Source of the DNA: an uncultured cyanobacterium
Lineage (GTDB): Bacteria > Cyanobacteriota > Cyanobacteriia > PCC-9006 > JAAUQQ01
Direction: 5' to 3'
Assembly (NCBI GenBank): GCA_963718615.1
Contig: OY970368.1
Span: 5,984,001 to 6,048,000 of the forward strand
Length of the DNA stretch: 64,000 nucleotides
Part shown: positions 42,001 through 51,089 of the stretch, piece by piece
Layout: each line of letters begins with the position of its first letter
How positions within the stretch are numbered: position 1 is the first letter of the stretch
Position numbers and translations under genes: made by a program
Notes under the pieces: generated by a model
The model's database searches: none
What the model was told of the DNA's origin: nothing
The model's input: the letters and a program-made list of their open reading frames with translations, nothing else

Positions 42001-42284
42001 AACTTTGTGGGGCAAATTTGAGCTTGGCGGATCTGAGCCAAGCCAACTTGAGCTTGGCGGATCTGAGCCAAGCCAACTTGAGCTTGGCGGATCTGAGTCA
42101 AGCCAACCTTACGAGTGCAGTTGTGCGAGGAACTGATTTAAGCGGGGCGGACTTAACGCGGGCGCAATTGCAATCAATTGTCTCCGATGAACATACCCAG
42201 TGGGAAGGGGTGCGGGGGGTGGAGCGATCGCTCCTGATCGCCGACGATTGGTTAGCGGATTCCAATCTTCCCCTGCTGAGCTAG
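39075..42284 (+). CDS. NACHT-domain NTPase with C-terminal pentapeptide repeats
   Basis: Walker A GEAGRGKTTF, Walker B FIIDGVD, LLTGR; long A(D/N)LSxA pentapeptide array. Confidence 0.9.
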   Translation: MPTRIWKFLTTDIKGLVAGETGSVGLEAANGVLRLAAKLQSEGPQSQELGPMVGQITSLLDIFNLPLGKFISVHLPYEAIAGDLLQFYRDKTQKEPSLGHCVCLISQAAYLESITTLLGSPKLRPWIQQVGQEPVSPRVAEGLHQLGKLILSEEDVRIAIIDFGNCRLARAFTQLFLTRLTQLGLKADSARAIAQRATQLTEQRMRAPLKNSGERVQRLIEWYRIGGRAALRTYLSIDAYLHEMIRPMGDENPESFSIQELYVPPQAQLLARDGKPRSEQMTLSLQQWVQDWLDNPRRLEQVLFIEGEAGRGKTTFCQMFADWARIHLHPNWTPILVQVRDVPPPGKPLESWRFDDWLSQAIGRDFTQDDPNWLAAANVRFLFIIDGVDTLGLSQQPGATLEQFLEQVGQFQKNCASYLEREHRVLLTGRSLSLLDRQLSVPDNIERLEILPMDDALQRGWLQQLAKRAGFRPEQLKEFLTDPLLPQSIRDLSQEPLFLGFLAAMFYGGVLDASSFEAVSEAGAKVKFFTQLMDWVIAQSEISPLGLTPEQLRLMLREAGLCSVQLGTETVPLRVIEKRLAGGDDGAMPEISTLETEPEELSAPLPGTLVIRPAMMPLPIATIQADLKTQHVAALTLSHRSFSQFLFAEQLCIGLEQWSRLRNPGTETADVDWEIYDLLGYGGLTQEIVQGLLVLLDRSPTFEPEALFHRLQDFYLRWANGSIIDEHPPTLPQRKMQQLRRQQQYREQPLGQRQVDAYTGFNVMVLLLELNRYGRVRDELKQKIIFYPTGRATKAPERLLNIIQYGQCVGPQSFGRIVGPFLSGVHLSGANLSGTDLRGVNLSGADLSGTNLSGTDLRQADLRGADLSGANLSGANLDGANLRRVSLSRAMLAGATLIRALLSNADMIGALFHGADLSGADLSLADLSLADLRGAVLNQADLSLADLRSASLNCASLQKALLNRASFNSADLRCAELCGANLSLADLSQANLSLADLSQANLSLADLSQANLTSAVVRGTDLSGADLTRAQLQSIVSDEHTQWEGVRGVERSLLIADDWLADSNLPLLS

Positions 42285-42502
42285 GGCATGAGGATAAACA
42301 GTTTCATCATGACCTCGCATTGTCCCTAGAAAATTTTCTAACTTTACCCAAGATGGGCAAACGCCTAAAGATTGCGTGAAGTCCAAGAAGAGTCCCAGAA
42401 AATTTATGTATAAAAAGGCATTATCAGTCGAATAAAGTTTCGGTAATCACCACTAGGCTAAATCCGGCTCTTCCTCCGCTCTCCCTTTATCTCCATTTCT
42501 CT

Positions 42503-43423
42503 ATGTTGCGACTCTTCAAGGAGTCTGGCGATCGCGCGTTAACTGACGCGCCAGCCCCACATGGGCACATCAGCTCGCCTGCTCTAGTACCGCCACCCAA
42601 GCCAACGGAGTTTTCTCGCCTTTCCTGGGGCGATCGCGATTTTCTCAGGATCATCCAGCACCAAGGCGTGGCGGAAACTCACCTAGACCAGCTCCAGATT
42701 CCTGGCACCGCTGCCATGGTCGCTGCGGCCCAAACCCTGGCGGCGGGTTTGCCCAGTACCCAGGGGCTACGGGCGGAAACGGAAGATGATTTTGGGGGGC
42801 ATTGTGTCCATGCGGATTCGGCGGAGATTGCGACAAACTATCCGGAAATTATTGCTTGGGCGTTGAATGAGCGGCTTCTGGATTTGGCTGAGCAACAGAT
42901 TGGCTGTGCGCCTGCATTTATTGGGGTGGCGCTGCGGAAAGACAGTCCCAATGGTCAGCAGGTGGGGACTCGGCTTTGGCATGTAGATGGTGAGGATAAA
43001 CAGGTTTTTAAGATCCTGGTTTATCTCAATGATGTGGATGCGAATAATGGTCCGTTTGAGTATGTGCCGAAGAATTGCTTTAATGCGCGCTATCGGCGGT
43101 TGAGTCTCAAATATCATCGCCATTGGCAGTATTACTGCAAAAACGAGGATCTGGCGAAGATGGTGCCTGTTTCCCAGTGGCGAGCGGCAACGGGGCCTGC
43201 GGGGACGGTGTTGTTGGCGGATACGACGAGTGTGTTTCACCATGGGGCGATCGCGCAGTCTGGTGAACGGTTGGCGTTGATTTTTGCTTATACCTCTCAG
43301 CGTCCTCGGGATCGATCGCTGTGTGAGAGGTTTTTCCCTCGGGCGGATTTGTTGGCGGCGATCGCGCCTCGGTTTTCCCCCCGTCAGCAGGATTGTTTGT
43401 TGAATTGGCGGCGATCGCGGTAA
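42503..43423 (+). CDS. 2OG-Fe(II) oxygenase (PhyH-like)
   Basis: WHVDGED (HxD), VYLNDVD...GPFEYVP, FHHG, ERLAL. Confidence 0.8.
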   Translation: MLRLFKESGDRALTDAPAPHGHISSPALVPPPKPTEFSRLSWGDRDFLRIIQHQGVAETHLDQLQIPGTAAMVAAAQTLAAGLPSTQGLRAETEDDFGGHCVHADSAEIATNYPEIIAWALNERLLDLAEQQIGCAPAFIGVALRKDSPNGQQVGTRLWHVDGEDKQVFKILVYLNDVDANNGPFEYVPKNCFNARYRRLSLKYHRHWQYYCKNEDLAKMVPVSQWRAATGPAGTVLLADTTSVFHHGAIAQSGERLALIFAYTSQRPRDRSLCERFFPRADLLAAIAPRFSPRQQDCLLNWRRSR

Positions 43424-43448
43424 TCTCTTGACGGTATTCATTGATTCC

Positions 43449-44153
43449 TCACTCGTAAATTGCCAATACTGTGGCGATCGCTTCCTGTCGTCGTTTCTGG
43501 TCGGCCCAAATCAGCTCCTCCCGATTACCCAACCCCGGAGCATCCCAGCGATTCAGATCTGGATCCCAATAAGCCCAGGTGCGAGCCCAGATAATGGCTT
43601 CCTGCTGATCCATAAAACGAGTACGTGTTTCTGATAACCGGTCCAAATAGCCTCCCGGTAAGAGGGCTGCGCCTGGAGATTGATTGGCTAGGTCCAAAGC
43701 ATTTAGCCATTCTTCTTTGGAGAGGATTAAGCCCCGCTGCTTGGCTTGCTCCTGCAACTGTTCTTGCTGCTGTCGTAGGCGGGCAAGCTGTTTGTTATCG
43801 GCATCTTCTGGAGAAGCAGCAGGATGTTGATACGAGAAAAGGCCTATATTCCAGCGCTTATTGCCGGGATCCAAATGACGTTTATAGGCCCAGGTCGGTT
43901 GCCCGTTGCGATCTAAGGTTCCTTCTGCATAGCCAATGGTTCGTTTGATCAAATCATCAGACAAAATATCGCTATTGCGGTTGCTTGTGCTACAGGAATT
44001 CTGGCATAGAGGGTAACCTGTGGGCAGGATGAAAGGGGGGTCTGGTTGCTGGGCAGGCGGATAGGCTATAAGAGAGGTGCTGACCAATAGCCCCAAAGTA
44101 ACCGGAGCGAAGAGGCGCTGAAGGGGGCGGCGATTCTGCTGGTTCTTTTTCAT
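43449..44153 (-). CDS. Secreted/anchored putative lysozyme-like protein
   Basis: Signal/TM, Pro linker, IGYAEGT...HLDPGN...GLFSYQH; the fold is inferred. Confidence 0.5.
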   Translation of the reverse strand: MKKNQQNRRPLQRLFAPVTLGLLVSTSLIAYPPAQQPDPPFILPTGYPLCQNSCSTSNRNSDILSDDLIKRTIGYAEGTLDRNGQPTWAYKRHLDPGNKRWNIGLFSYQHPAASPEDADNKQLARLRQQQEQLQEQAKQRGLILSKEEWLNALDLANQSPGAALLPGGYLDRLSETRTRFMDQQEAIIWARTWAYWDPDLNRWDAPGLGNREELIWADQKRRQEAIATVLAIYE

Positions 44154-44305
44154 GGCTGATACAACTAAATGGAAGATTGTGGTGCAGATTTACGTTTTTT
44201 TGCCAAGGGAAAGCTGAGCCTCTGGCTGTAACCAAGGCGGAAGGGGGAGAGGAGGGCTGGTGCTAGCTGCCCTCGCTCAAGGACTGCAATGGGGAAAAGT
44301 GGGTC

Positions 44306-45049
44306 TTAGGGGTGCAGTTGCTGTTCGACCACGTTGGGGCTAACGCCGATGATTTGACCGTCTACGACGATCCACGTGAAGAAATCGACGTGTTCTCCAT
44401 AGTCGCCACCTGTCTTGCCCATGATGCCGATGGGCTCACCTTGGGCAATGTGCTGACCGGGTTCGACGGAGAAGCTTTCGGCATGGGCATAGGCTCCGTA
44501 GAGGGGATAGTCCTGGCCTTGAAATCGAACAGTGATGTCGAAGTCGATATGGCAGCGGTTGCCGTAGCCTGGTTCCTGCTGAACTGCATAGACTGTTCCA
44601 GGCCAGGAGGTGCGGATAGCCTTGGGATGGGCGAATGGATCGCCGTTTTGAGCATTTTTGACCACATAATCAATGCCCTTGTTGTAATGCCCTGCATGCA
44701 AGACCTTGGGCTGGTCTGAATCGGCTAGCAGTGCGAGAGTTTTGTGGTTTTTCCAGCCATGGCCTTCTGGCTCAAACGCGCCTCCGGTTTGGATGATTTC
44801 ACCCAAGATTTTAGACTTGAAGGTCGGATAACCTTTATATCGCCAGAGCTGTTCTTCGGAGAACTTTTCTCCTTTGGGGAGAATGGGCTGCAGTTTGGAT
44901 TCGGCGGGTGGGGTGGGAGGCACCTGGATGGTGGATGGGGGTGGAGGGTCGTTGGGCTTGAGGAGCAATGCGCCGCAGAGGAGGGGAGAGACCAAAAGCA
45001 GAAGGACTTTGACCCAGCGTTGAGAATTTTTGGTGATTTGTTTGTTCAC
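44306..45049 (-). CDS. M23 family peptidase
   Basis: Signal/TM, Pro linker, HYNKGIDY, GYGN, YAH...VEPGQHIAQGEPIGIMGKTG...EHVDF. Confidence 0.75.
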   Translation of the reverse strand: MNKQITKNSQRWVKVLLLLVSPLLCGALLLKPNDPPPPSTIQVPPTPPAESKLQPILPKGEKFSEEQLWRYKGYPTFKSKILGEIIQTGGAFEPEGHGWKNHKTLALLADSDQPKVLHAGHYNKGIDYVVKNAQNGDPFAHPKAIRTSWPGTVYAVQQEPGYGNRCHIDFDITVRFQGQDYPLYGAYAHAESFSVEPGQHIAQGEPIGIMGKTGGDYGEHVDFFTWIVVDGQIIGVSPNVVEQQLHP

Positions 45050-45204
45050 GGGGGAACTCTCCAGACAGATATTTCTAACTGTTTTATTTCCTGGAGCCGA
45101 AAGTCTGTGTGAATCATTGGCATTGGCAGCAAAAGTTTTTTCTTCAGTGCCGGAAAGCCAGTCCTAGAGACAATTGAGAGCGAAGAAACTAAAATGGGCC
45201 GGGT

Positions 45205-45243
45205 CTGTCAATAATTTGCAGGGCCGACTGTCAATAATTGACA
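45205..45243. promoter_or_regulatory. Candidate operator: CTGTCAATAAT direct repeat plus TGTCAAT-A-ATTGACA palindrome
   Basis: Copies at 45205-45215 and 45228-45238; inverted repeat at 45229-45243, in the divergent intergenic region. Confidence 0.4.
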
Positions 45244-46383
45244 AAATTTGCGGAGCAGTGGGAACGGGTGAACGAAAAGCAATGCCGACTAACGTCGAGG
45301 GGGATGCAGGATCTTAAATCGCTGATCTCAGGTGTTTTTCTCAAAAAGCCCACGCACATAGAGATGGGAGTTTTGTGTGGTGTGAATCGAAACACTATAA
45401 GTCTGATTCGGCGGGAATGCCCTCAGGCTCACCATGCTCAGATTTTTGAGAGGATTTTTAACGCACTCAACGCGAACCTTAGAGAGGATTATTCGGGCAA
45501 GCCTTGTCCCTTTGATATTGAAAAGCACTGTGAGGAATTCCAGGATGTTTCAGGGCGATCGCCCCAAACCCCCCCTGCAAGCACTTCTGTAACCCTGAAT
45601 CCAGAGCAGCAAATTGCGGATCTGTTGTGGGAGTTGGATTGTGTTGCCCAAAAGGCTTGTTTTGACGAACGTTGGGTGGGGTGCGATCGCGCCGCCATCA
45701 TCTCCATCCGCGCCAAGGGCATCGATACCCAAAAATGGCTGGTAAAACGCTTTGCCAGAAAGGTCCCTAGGTTTTCAACAGCACGACCCTTCCCTATCGA
45801 AGTGCGTTCCCATGATATGCGGTGGAATTTTGAGGCATTCTGGGAGGAACTGGCGAGACCGCTGGAAATCGCAGCGGAGCCGGAGGATGTTATCCAAAGG
45901 CTCTGTGATTGTTACCAAACCCAGTCAGTGGTGATTGCGCTGTATGGCTTGGACGGTGGGAAACGTTTTGCCAAGGAGCGACAGCAGGTGATGGAGGAGT
46001 TTTGGCAGCCGCTTTATGAAAAAGTTTGTGCATTGCCGCGATCGCCCAGCTCCCGCCTCGTCCTCTTTTTAACAGGAGAGGTAGCCCAATCTGACGATGT
46101 AGCGGAGAATTTGACTGATGAGCCCCTGAGTTCGGTATACTCCCTACGCCTGCCAGATTTGGCAACTATCAGCCAGCGGGACGTTGAGCTGTGGTTAACC
46201 CAAGATGATGTTTACAACGCGCTTTGTGGCCTTCGCCAAAACTTGGATTTTGATACCCTTCTCAGGGATGATCTACCCAACTGGACAGATTACCCTGGGG
46301 AGGTTTTTCAAGAGATTCGATCGCTGTTTGACAATTTGGATTTCAATTTGGATTTACGGAGTCACTGGGAGCTAGCCGGGTAA
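45238..46383 (+). CDS. Inactive STAND (iSTAND)-like protein with putative N-terminal HTH
   Basis: LCGVNRNTISLIR HTH-like segment; LDCVAQ...QKWLVKR...EFWQPL...LVLFL degenerate P-loop pattern; abuts moxR; start uncertain. Confidence 0.65.
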   Translation: MTKFAEQWERVNEKQCRLTSRGMQDLKSLISGVFLKKPTHIEMGVLCGVNRNTISLIRRECPQAHHAQIFERIFNALNANLREDYSGKPCPFDIEKHCEEFQDVSGRSPQTPPASTSVTLNPEQQIADLLWELDCVAQKACFDERWVGCDRAAIISIRAKGIDTQKWLVKRFARKVPRFSTARPFPIEVRSHDMRWNFEAFWEELARPLEIAAEPEDVIQRLCDCYQTQSVVIALYGLDGGKRFAKERQQVMEEFWQPLYEKVCALPRSPSSRLVLFLTGEVAQSDDVAENLTDEPLSSVYSLRLPDLATISQRDVELWLTQDDVYNALCGLRQNLDFDTLLRDDLPNWTDYPGEVFQEIRSLFDNLDFNLDLRSHWELAG

Positions 46384-47436
46384 ATGAGTACAGAATCTGA
46401 GCGTACAAAATTTGACTACAGCTACAGCGGCACAATCCAGCCTCCCCAGAACGGTACGAAAGACTCGGTAGGCCGGACTTACCATCCCTACATCCCCAGC
46501 GATGACCTGCGGGAGGTGGTGAACCTGGCGCTCAAGCTTCAGCGTCCGCTGTTGCTGGAGGGGGATCCGGGGTGTGGGAAGACGAAATTGGCGGGGGCGA
46601 TCGCCTACGAACTCACCCAAAGATACCTCGCTGGCAAAACAGACAAAGACAGCAACCCCCTCTGGTGGCCCTACTACATCTGGAACGTCAAATCCGTTAG
46701 CCAAGCCCAAGACGGTCTGTATCGCTATGATGCGGTGGCTCGGTTGCGGGATGCTCAGCTCGTGGGTTCCGATCCGCAGCGGTTGGCGGGGTATTTGGGG
46801 GAAGAGGAAAGCAAAAAGCTGATCGATCGCCTCAAGGACCGCAGGCGCTACCGAGAGTTTGGCCCCCTGGGCAAAGCCCTACGGCATCGGGATCAGCGAC
46901 CAATTTTGCTGATCGACGAAATCGACAAAGCCGACAGCGACTTTCCCAACGATCTCTTGCTGGAACTGGACGAACTGCGGTTTGAGATTCCCCAAACGGG
47001 CGAGGAAATCCCCACGCCGGATCAGAAGCCGATTATTTTAATTACCAGCAACCGCGAGAAACCGCTGCCGGAGCCGTTTTTGCGGCGATGCCTCTATTTT
47101 TATGTGGATTTCCCCGACGAGGAGCGACTGCTCACCATCATTCAGCAGCGGTTTGGTGCGCCCAAGCGGGGACAGACGGCGGTAATCAAAGCAGCAGTGA
47201 AGCGGTTTTACGAGATTCGGGAGCTGCTGGCCGATGAGCCAGGAAGCCGGGAGCCGGGGACGAGTGAGTTTTTGGAGTTTTTGTCGGTGTTGTTGCAGAA
47301 GTCGAGCAAAGAGGCCCAGGAAGATCTAGAAAACCTAGCGGAGCGGTTGCCGTTGTTGGGGACGTTGCTCAAGAATCGGGCCGATCAACAAAGGTTCCAA
47401 GCGAGTGAGGGAAGGAAAAATAAGGAACAAAAATGA
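46384..47436 (+). CDS. MoxR family AAA+ ATPase
   Basis: PLLLEGDPGCGKT, YDAVARLRD, LLIDEIDKAD, ITSNREKPLPEPFLRRC. Confidence 0.93.
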   Translation: MSTESERTKFDYSYSGTIQPPQNGTKDSVGRTYHPYIPSDDLREVVNLALKLQRPLLLEGDPGCGKTKLAGAIAYELTQRYLAGKTDKDSNPLWWPYYIWNVKSVSQAQDGLYRYDAVARLRDAQLVGSDPQRLAGYLGEEESKKLIDRLKDRRRYREFGPLGKALRHRDQRPILLIDEIDKADSDFPNDLLLELDELRFEIPQTGEEIPTPDQKPIILITSNREKPLPEPFLRRCLYFYVDFPDEERLLTIIQQRFGAPKRGQTAVIKAAVKRFYEIRELLADEPGSREPGTSEFLEFLSVLLQKSSKEAQEDLENLAERLPLLGTLLKNRADQQRFQASEGRKNKEQK

Positions 47437-47469
47437 TGATTAATCTCCGGCAAAACCACAGGTTGATAC

Positions 47470-47643
47470 GTAGGTTGGCGTTGAGCGAAGCGAAACCCAA
47501 CAGCCATAGCCAAGATTGGGCTGGGGTTTCGGCTGGGGTTTCGACTGGGGTTTCGGCTGGGGTTTCGGCTGGGGTTTCGGCTGGGGTTTCGGCTGGGGTT
47601 TCGGCTGGGGTGATGTTGGGTTTCGTGCCTCAACCCAACCTAC
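47470..47643. repeat. REP doublet (REPIN) 1 with internal 12-bp tandem array (CTGGGGTTTCGG x7+)
   Basis: GTAGGTTGGCGTTGAGCGAAGCGAAACCCAAC 47470-47501; inverted arm 47615-47643 ending CCTAC; array 47521-47611. Confidence 0.9.
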
Positions 47644-47656
47644 GGTTGCATGACTT

Positions 47657-48736
47657 ATGGCAATAGACTCCGCCCCCTTTCTGGATTTGTTTTTGCGGCT
47701 GCGGGCTGCGGGGATGCCGCTGTCGCCGGAGCAGTATGACCTGTTGCGGCAGTCCTTGGACCAGGGCATTGGCCTCGGGGGCTGGGACGATTTGCAGCGA
47801 ATCTGCCGCTGCCTGTGGCTAAAGCAGCCGCCCCACAGCCCAGAAGCCAAAACCTTTGATCGGGTTTTCAACGAATACCGCCAACAATCCCTCCCAACCC
47901 CATCCCGTAGGGACGAACAGCCGTTCGTCCCACCCCCGCCACAGCCACAGCCTCCACCAATCCCACAGCCCACCCCCTGGCCACCCCCCATCCCCCCGCG
48001 CAAAAAAACGCCGGATTCCCAAGCCCAGCCAGACCCAAAAGCCCATGAAAAAGCTCCGGTCGCGGTACGGGCCGAGGCAAAACCTGAGGCAATGTCCAAT
48101 CTGCATCCATTTCGGCTGGAGCCAAGGGATCTACCCGTTTCCCTGGAGCAGGTGCAAATGAGCTGGCGCATGTTGCGGCGTCCGGTGGCGGAGGGGCCAG
48201 CGCGGGAGTTGGATTTGGAGGCGACCCTTCGACGAATTGGCAGCGAGGGCCTGTTTGGCGATGTGGTCTTGCGTCCGGTGCGGCGACGGCGGGCGGAGCT
48301 GTTGCTGCTGGTGGATGAGGCCGGGGCGATGGTGCCATTTCGGCCTGCCTTGGGGCCGCTGCGGCGGGCCATGCAGGAAAGGCGGGTTTCCCCTGGGGTG
48401 GAATATCGCTTTACGGCCTATCCCGAGGAGTATGTTTATGACCCGCAAAACCGAGGACAGGCGCTGCCGCTGCGGCAGGTGGTGTCTCGGTTGCACGAAA
48501 AGCGGACAGTGGTGATGATCTGGAGTGATGGGGGCGCGGCGACAAGGCGCTATAGCGAGGAACGGGTGCGGCAAACCATCGCGTTTTTGGGTCGGCTGTT
48601 GCCCTGTGTGCGCCAGGTGATTTGGCTGAATCCGTTGCCGAGGGAGCGCTGGGCAGAAAGTTCTGCCGCTGCCATTGACCAATATTTAGCCGCCACCCCA
48701 ACCGGCCAAATGATTCCGTTTTCCGAGTTCAAATGA
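47657..48736 (+). CDS. vWA-domain (CoxE-like) partner of MoxR
   Basis: LFLRLRAAGMPLSPEQY, Pro linker, ELDLEATL, LLLVDEAGAMVPF, IWSDGGAA, IWLNPLPRERW. Confidence 0.85.
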   Translation: MAIDSAPFLDLFLRLRAAGMPLSPEQYDLLRQSLDQGIGLGGWDDLQRICRCLWLKQPPHSPEAKTFDRVFNEYRQQSLPTPSRRDEQPFVPPPPQPQPPPIPQPTPWPPPIPPRKKTPDSQAQPDPKAHEKAPVAVRAEAKPEAMSNLHPFRLEPRDLPVSLEQVQMSWRMLRRPVAEGPARELDLEATLRRIGSEGLFGDVVLRPVRRRRAELLLLVDEAGAMVPFRPALGPLRRAMQERRVSPGVEYRFTAYPEEYVYDPQNRGQALPLRQVVSRLHEKRTVVMIWSDGGAATRRYSEERVRQTIAFLGRLLPCVRQVIWLNPLPRERWAESSAAAIDQYLAATPTGQMIPFSEFK

Positions 48737-48760
48737 CCCATCGAACATAACCCGCCAAAT

Positions 48761-50341
48761 ATGACCAGCCGGACCAGCCAACAAATCCAAGCCTTTGAAC
48801 GGCGCTATGGGACAGCGACGCTGGATTTGGCCTGCCATGGAGCGTTTCCGCTGACGCTGACGACGGAGTTGCTCTATTGTTTGCGGGAGCAGTTTAATTT
48901 GGATTGCGACTGGTATGGGGCGGCGGATGTGTTGCTGTCGGGGTTGTGTCGGTCGGTGGGGCACGACCTGTATGAGATGGATGGCCCTTTGCGCAATGCG
49001 CTGTTGTGGCGGCTGGCGCAGCGGCTGGAGCAGCGGTTTCCGGAGCGTTTGGAAGAGTTAGAAGCATTCATGGTGGCCTATATTCGCCATCGTTTGCAGG
49101 TGGAGGAAAATCGGCGGGCGCTGGTGCTGGGGGATCCGGAGCGGATGCACTGGACGGCGTTGGCCTGTTTGCGGTCTGAGGAAGCGATCGAAGCGATTCG
49201 TCAGGATTTGCAGCGGCTGACGGCGGCGGATGTGAACCCGGAGGAGCGGTTTCGGTTGGCGGCGTTGGTGGAGAGTTATGGGGATTTTTTGGCGGAGCAG
49301 GATTATCGACCTGTGCTGCTGGACTGGGCAGAGAAGCTGGCGGAGGGGGAGCCGATTGATGGGCGGGCGGCGGCAGTAGCGACGGCGGCAGCAGCGGCAG
49401 CGCGGGCGGGGTTTCCGGCGTTGAAGACGTTGGAGTTTGAGCTGGCGGAGATGGTGTTGGGCGAGGATGGGCCGGATTTGCCGATTGAGCAGTTGGGAAA
49501 ATTTCGGTTTGAGACAGTGACAGTGGATCGGCGGGGACGGATCAAGAAGCGGGAGGAGAAGGAGGCGTTTTATTTTGTGGAGCCTTTGGGGGAGGCGGGG
49601 CCGTTTTTGGAGATGGTGGCGGTGCAGGGCGGCAGGTTCATGATGGGATCGCCAAAAGATGAGCCGGGACGGTGGGATTCTGAGGGGCCGCAGCATGAGG
49701 TGGTGGTACCGAGTTTTTTTATGGGGCGGTATCCGGTGACCCAGGCACAGTGGCAGGCGATTGCCCAAACCTCGAAGGTGAAGCACGATCTGGAACTAAA
49801 CCCATCTCACTTCAAAGGGAAAGACCGTCCCGTGGAGCGGGCGTATTGGCAGGATGCGGTGGAATTTTGTGCGCGGCTGAGCCGGGAAACGGGGCGGGAA
49901 TATCGCTTGCCGAGCGAGGCGGAGTGGGAATATGCCTGCCGAGCGGGGACGACGACGCCGTTTCATTTTGGGGAGATGATTACCCCTGGGCTGGCGAACT
50001 ACAACGTTAGCTCTGCCTATAACAAGGGGCCAAAGGGTCAATATCGAAAAGAAACGACCCCGGTGGGAAGTTTTCCGGCCAATGGGTTTGGGCTCTGTGA
50101 CATGCATGGGAATGTCTGGGAATGGTGTGCAGATCACTGGCATGAGAACTATGAGGGAGCACCGACAGATGGAAGTGCTTGGCTAGAAAAAGACTCTAAG
50201 TTGCATGTACAACGCGGCGGCTTCTGGAAACGTCGTCCCAAGAGTTGCCGCTCCGCGTCCCGCTACTTCAGCCACTTTCTCGCGCCCCGCCACTTCAGTT
50301 TCGGTTTTCGAGTGATGTGTGTTTTGCCGAGGACTCCCTAG
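48761..50341 (+). CDS. FGE-sulfatase (CLec-fold) domain protein; putative DGR target 1
   Basis: [45 protein letters not shown]...CRSASR...GFRV. Confidence 0.92.
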   Translation: MTSRTSQQIQAFERRYGTATLDLACHGAFPLTLTTELLYCLREQFNLDCDWYGAADVLLSGLCRSVGHDLYEMDGPLRNALLWRLAQRLEQRFPERLEELEAFMVAYIRHRLQVEENRRALVLGDPERMHWTALACLRSEEAIEAIRQDLQRLTAADVNPEERFRLAALVESYGDFLAEQDYRPVLLDWAEKLAEGEPIDGRAAAVATAAAAAARAGFPALKTLEFELAEMVLGEDGPDLPIEQLGKFRFETVTVDRRGRIKKREEKEAFYFVEPLGEAGPFLEMVAVQGGRFMMGSPKDEPGRWDSEGPQHEVVVPSFFMGRYPVTQAQWQAIAQTSKVKHDLELNPSHFKGKDRPVERAYWQDAVEFCARLSRETGREYRLPSEAEWEYACRAGTTTPFHFGEMITPGLANYNVSSAYNKGPKGQYRKETTPVGSFPANGFGLCDMHGNVWEWCADHWHENYEGAPTDGSAWLEKDSKLHVQRGGFWKRRPKSCRSASRYFSHFLAPRHFSFGFRVMCVLPRTP

Positions 50342-50401
50342 CCCTCTGCTCTTTTGCCCTCTTGCCCTTTGGGCTGTTGGGTTGCTTCGCGCGGAGCGCG
50401 A
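50207..50401 (+). other. Putative DGR variable region + IMH-like tract + hairpin (target 1)
   Basis: Differs from the target 2 copy mainly at codon positions 1-2; 70-nt tract 50301-50370 identical to 52899-52968; TCGCGC-GGA-GCGCGA hairpin at 50387-50401. Confidence 0.75.
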
Positions 50402-50488
50402 TCAAAATTTTTGGGGGTTTGGGGTGTTCGGTGGGGGTGATTCCTCTCGGTGGAACGGCAGGTGATCGAAAATGTCGCGGCGGAGACG

Positions 50489-51067
50489 GTAGGTTGGCGT
50501 TGAACGAACGTGAAACCCAACATGCTCCAACCATGGCTTTGCCCGTTATCCACCAACCATGGCTTTGCCCGTTATCCACCAACCATGGCTTTGCCCGTTA
50601 TCCACCAACCATGGCTTTGCCCGTTATCCACCAACCATGGCTTTGCCCGTTATCCACCAACCATGGCTTTGCCCGTTATCCACCAACCATGGCTTTGCCC
50701 GTTATCCACCAACCATGGCTTTGCCCGTTATCCACCAACCATGGCTTTGCCCGTTATCCACCAACCATAGCTTTGCCCGTTATCCACCAACCATGGCTTT
50801 GCCCGTTATCCACCAACCATGGCTTTGCCCGTTATCCACCAACCATGGCTTTGCCCGTTATCCACCAACCATGGCTTTGCCCGTTATCCACCAACCATGG
50901 CTTTGCCCGTTATCCACCAACCACGGCTTTGCCCGTTATCCACCAACCATGGCTTTGCCCGTTATCCACCAACCATGGCTTTGCCCGTTATCCACCAACC
51001 ACGGCTTTGCCCGTTATCCACCAACCATGGCTTTGCCCGTTGGGTTTCGTGCCTCAACCCAACCTAC
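50489..51067. repeat. REPIN 2 with internal 26-bp tandem array (CCAACCATGGCTTTGCCCGTTATCCA x19 + partial)
   Basis: Left REP 50489-50521, array 50527-51041, right REP 51039-51067; three single-base variant units. Confidence 0.95.
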
Positions 51068-51089
51068 GGGTAATTGTTTTGGCCCAATT

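Noticed and set aside
50527-51041. Possible CRISPR array
   Set aside because: The units are head-to-tail with no unique spacers and there are no cas genes; it is a tandem repeat inside a REP doublet.
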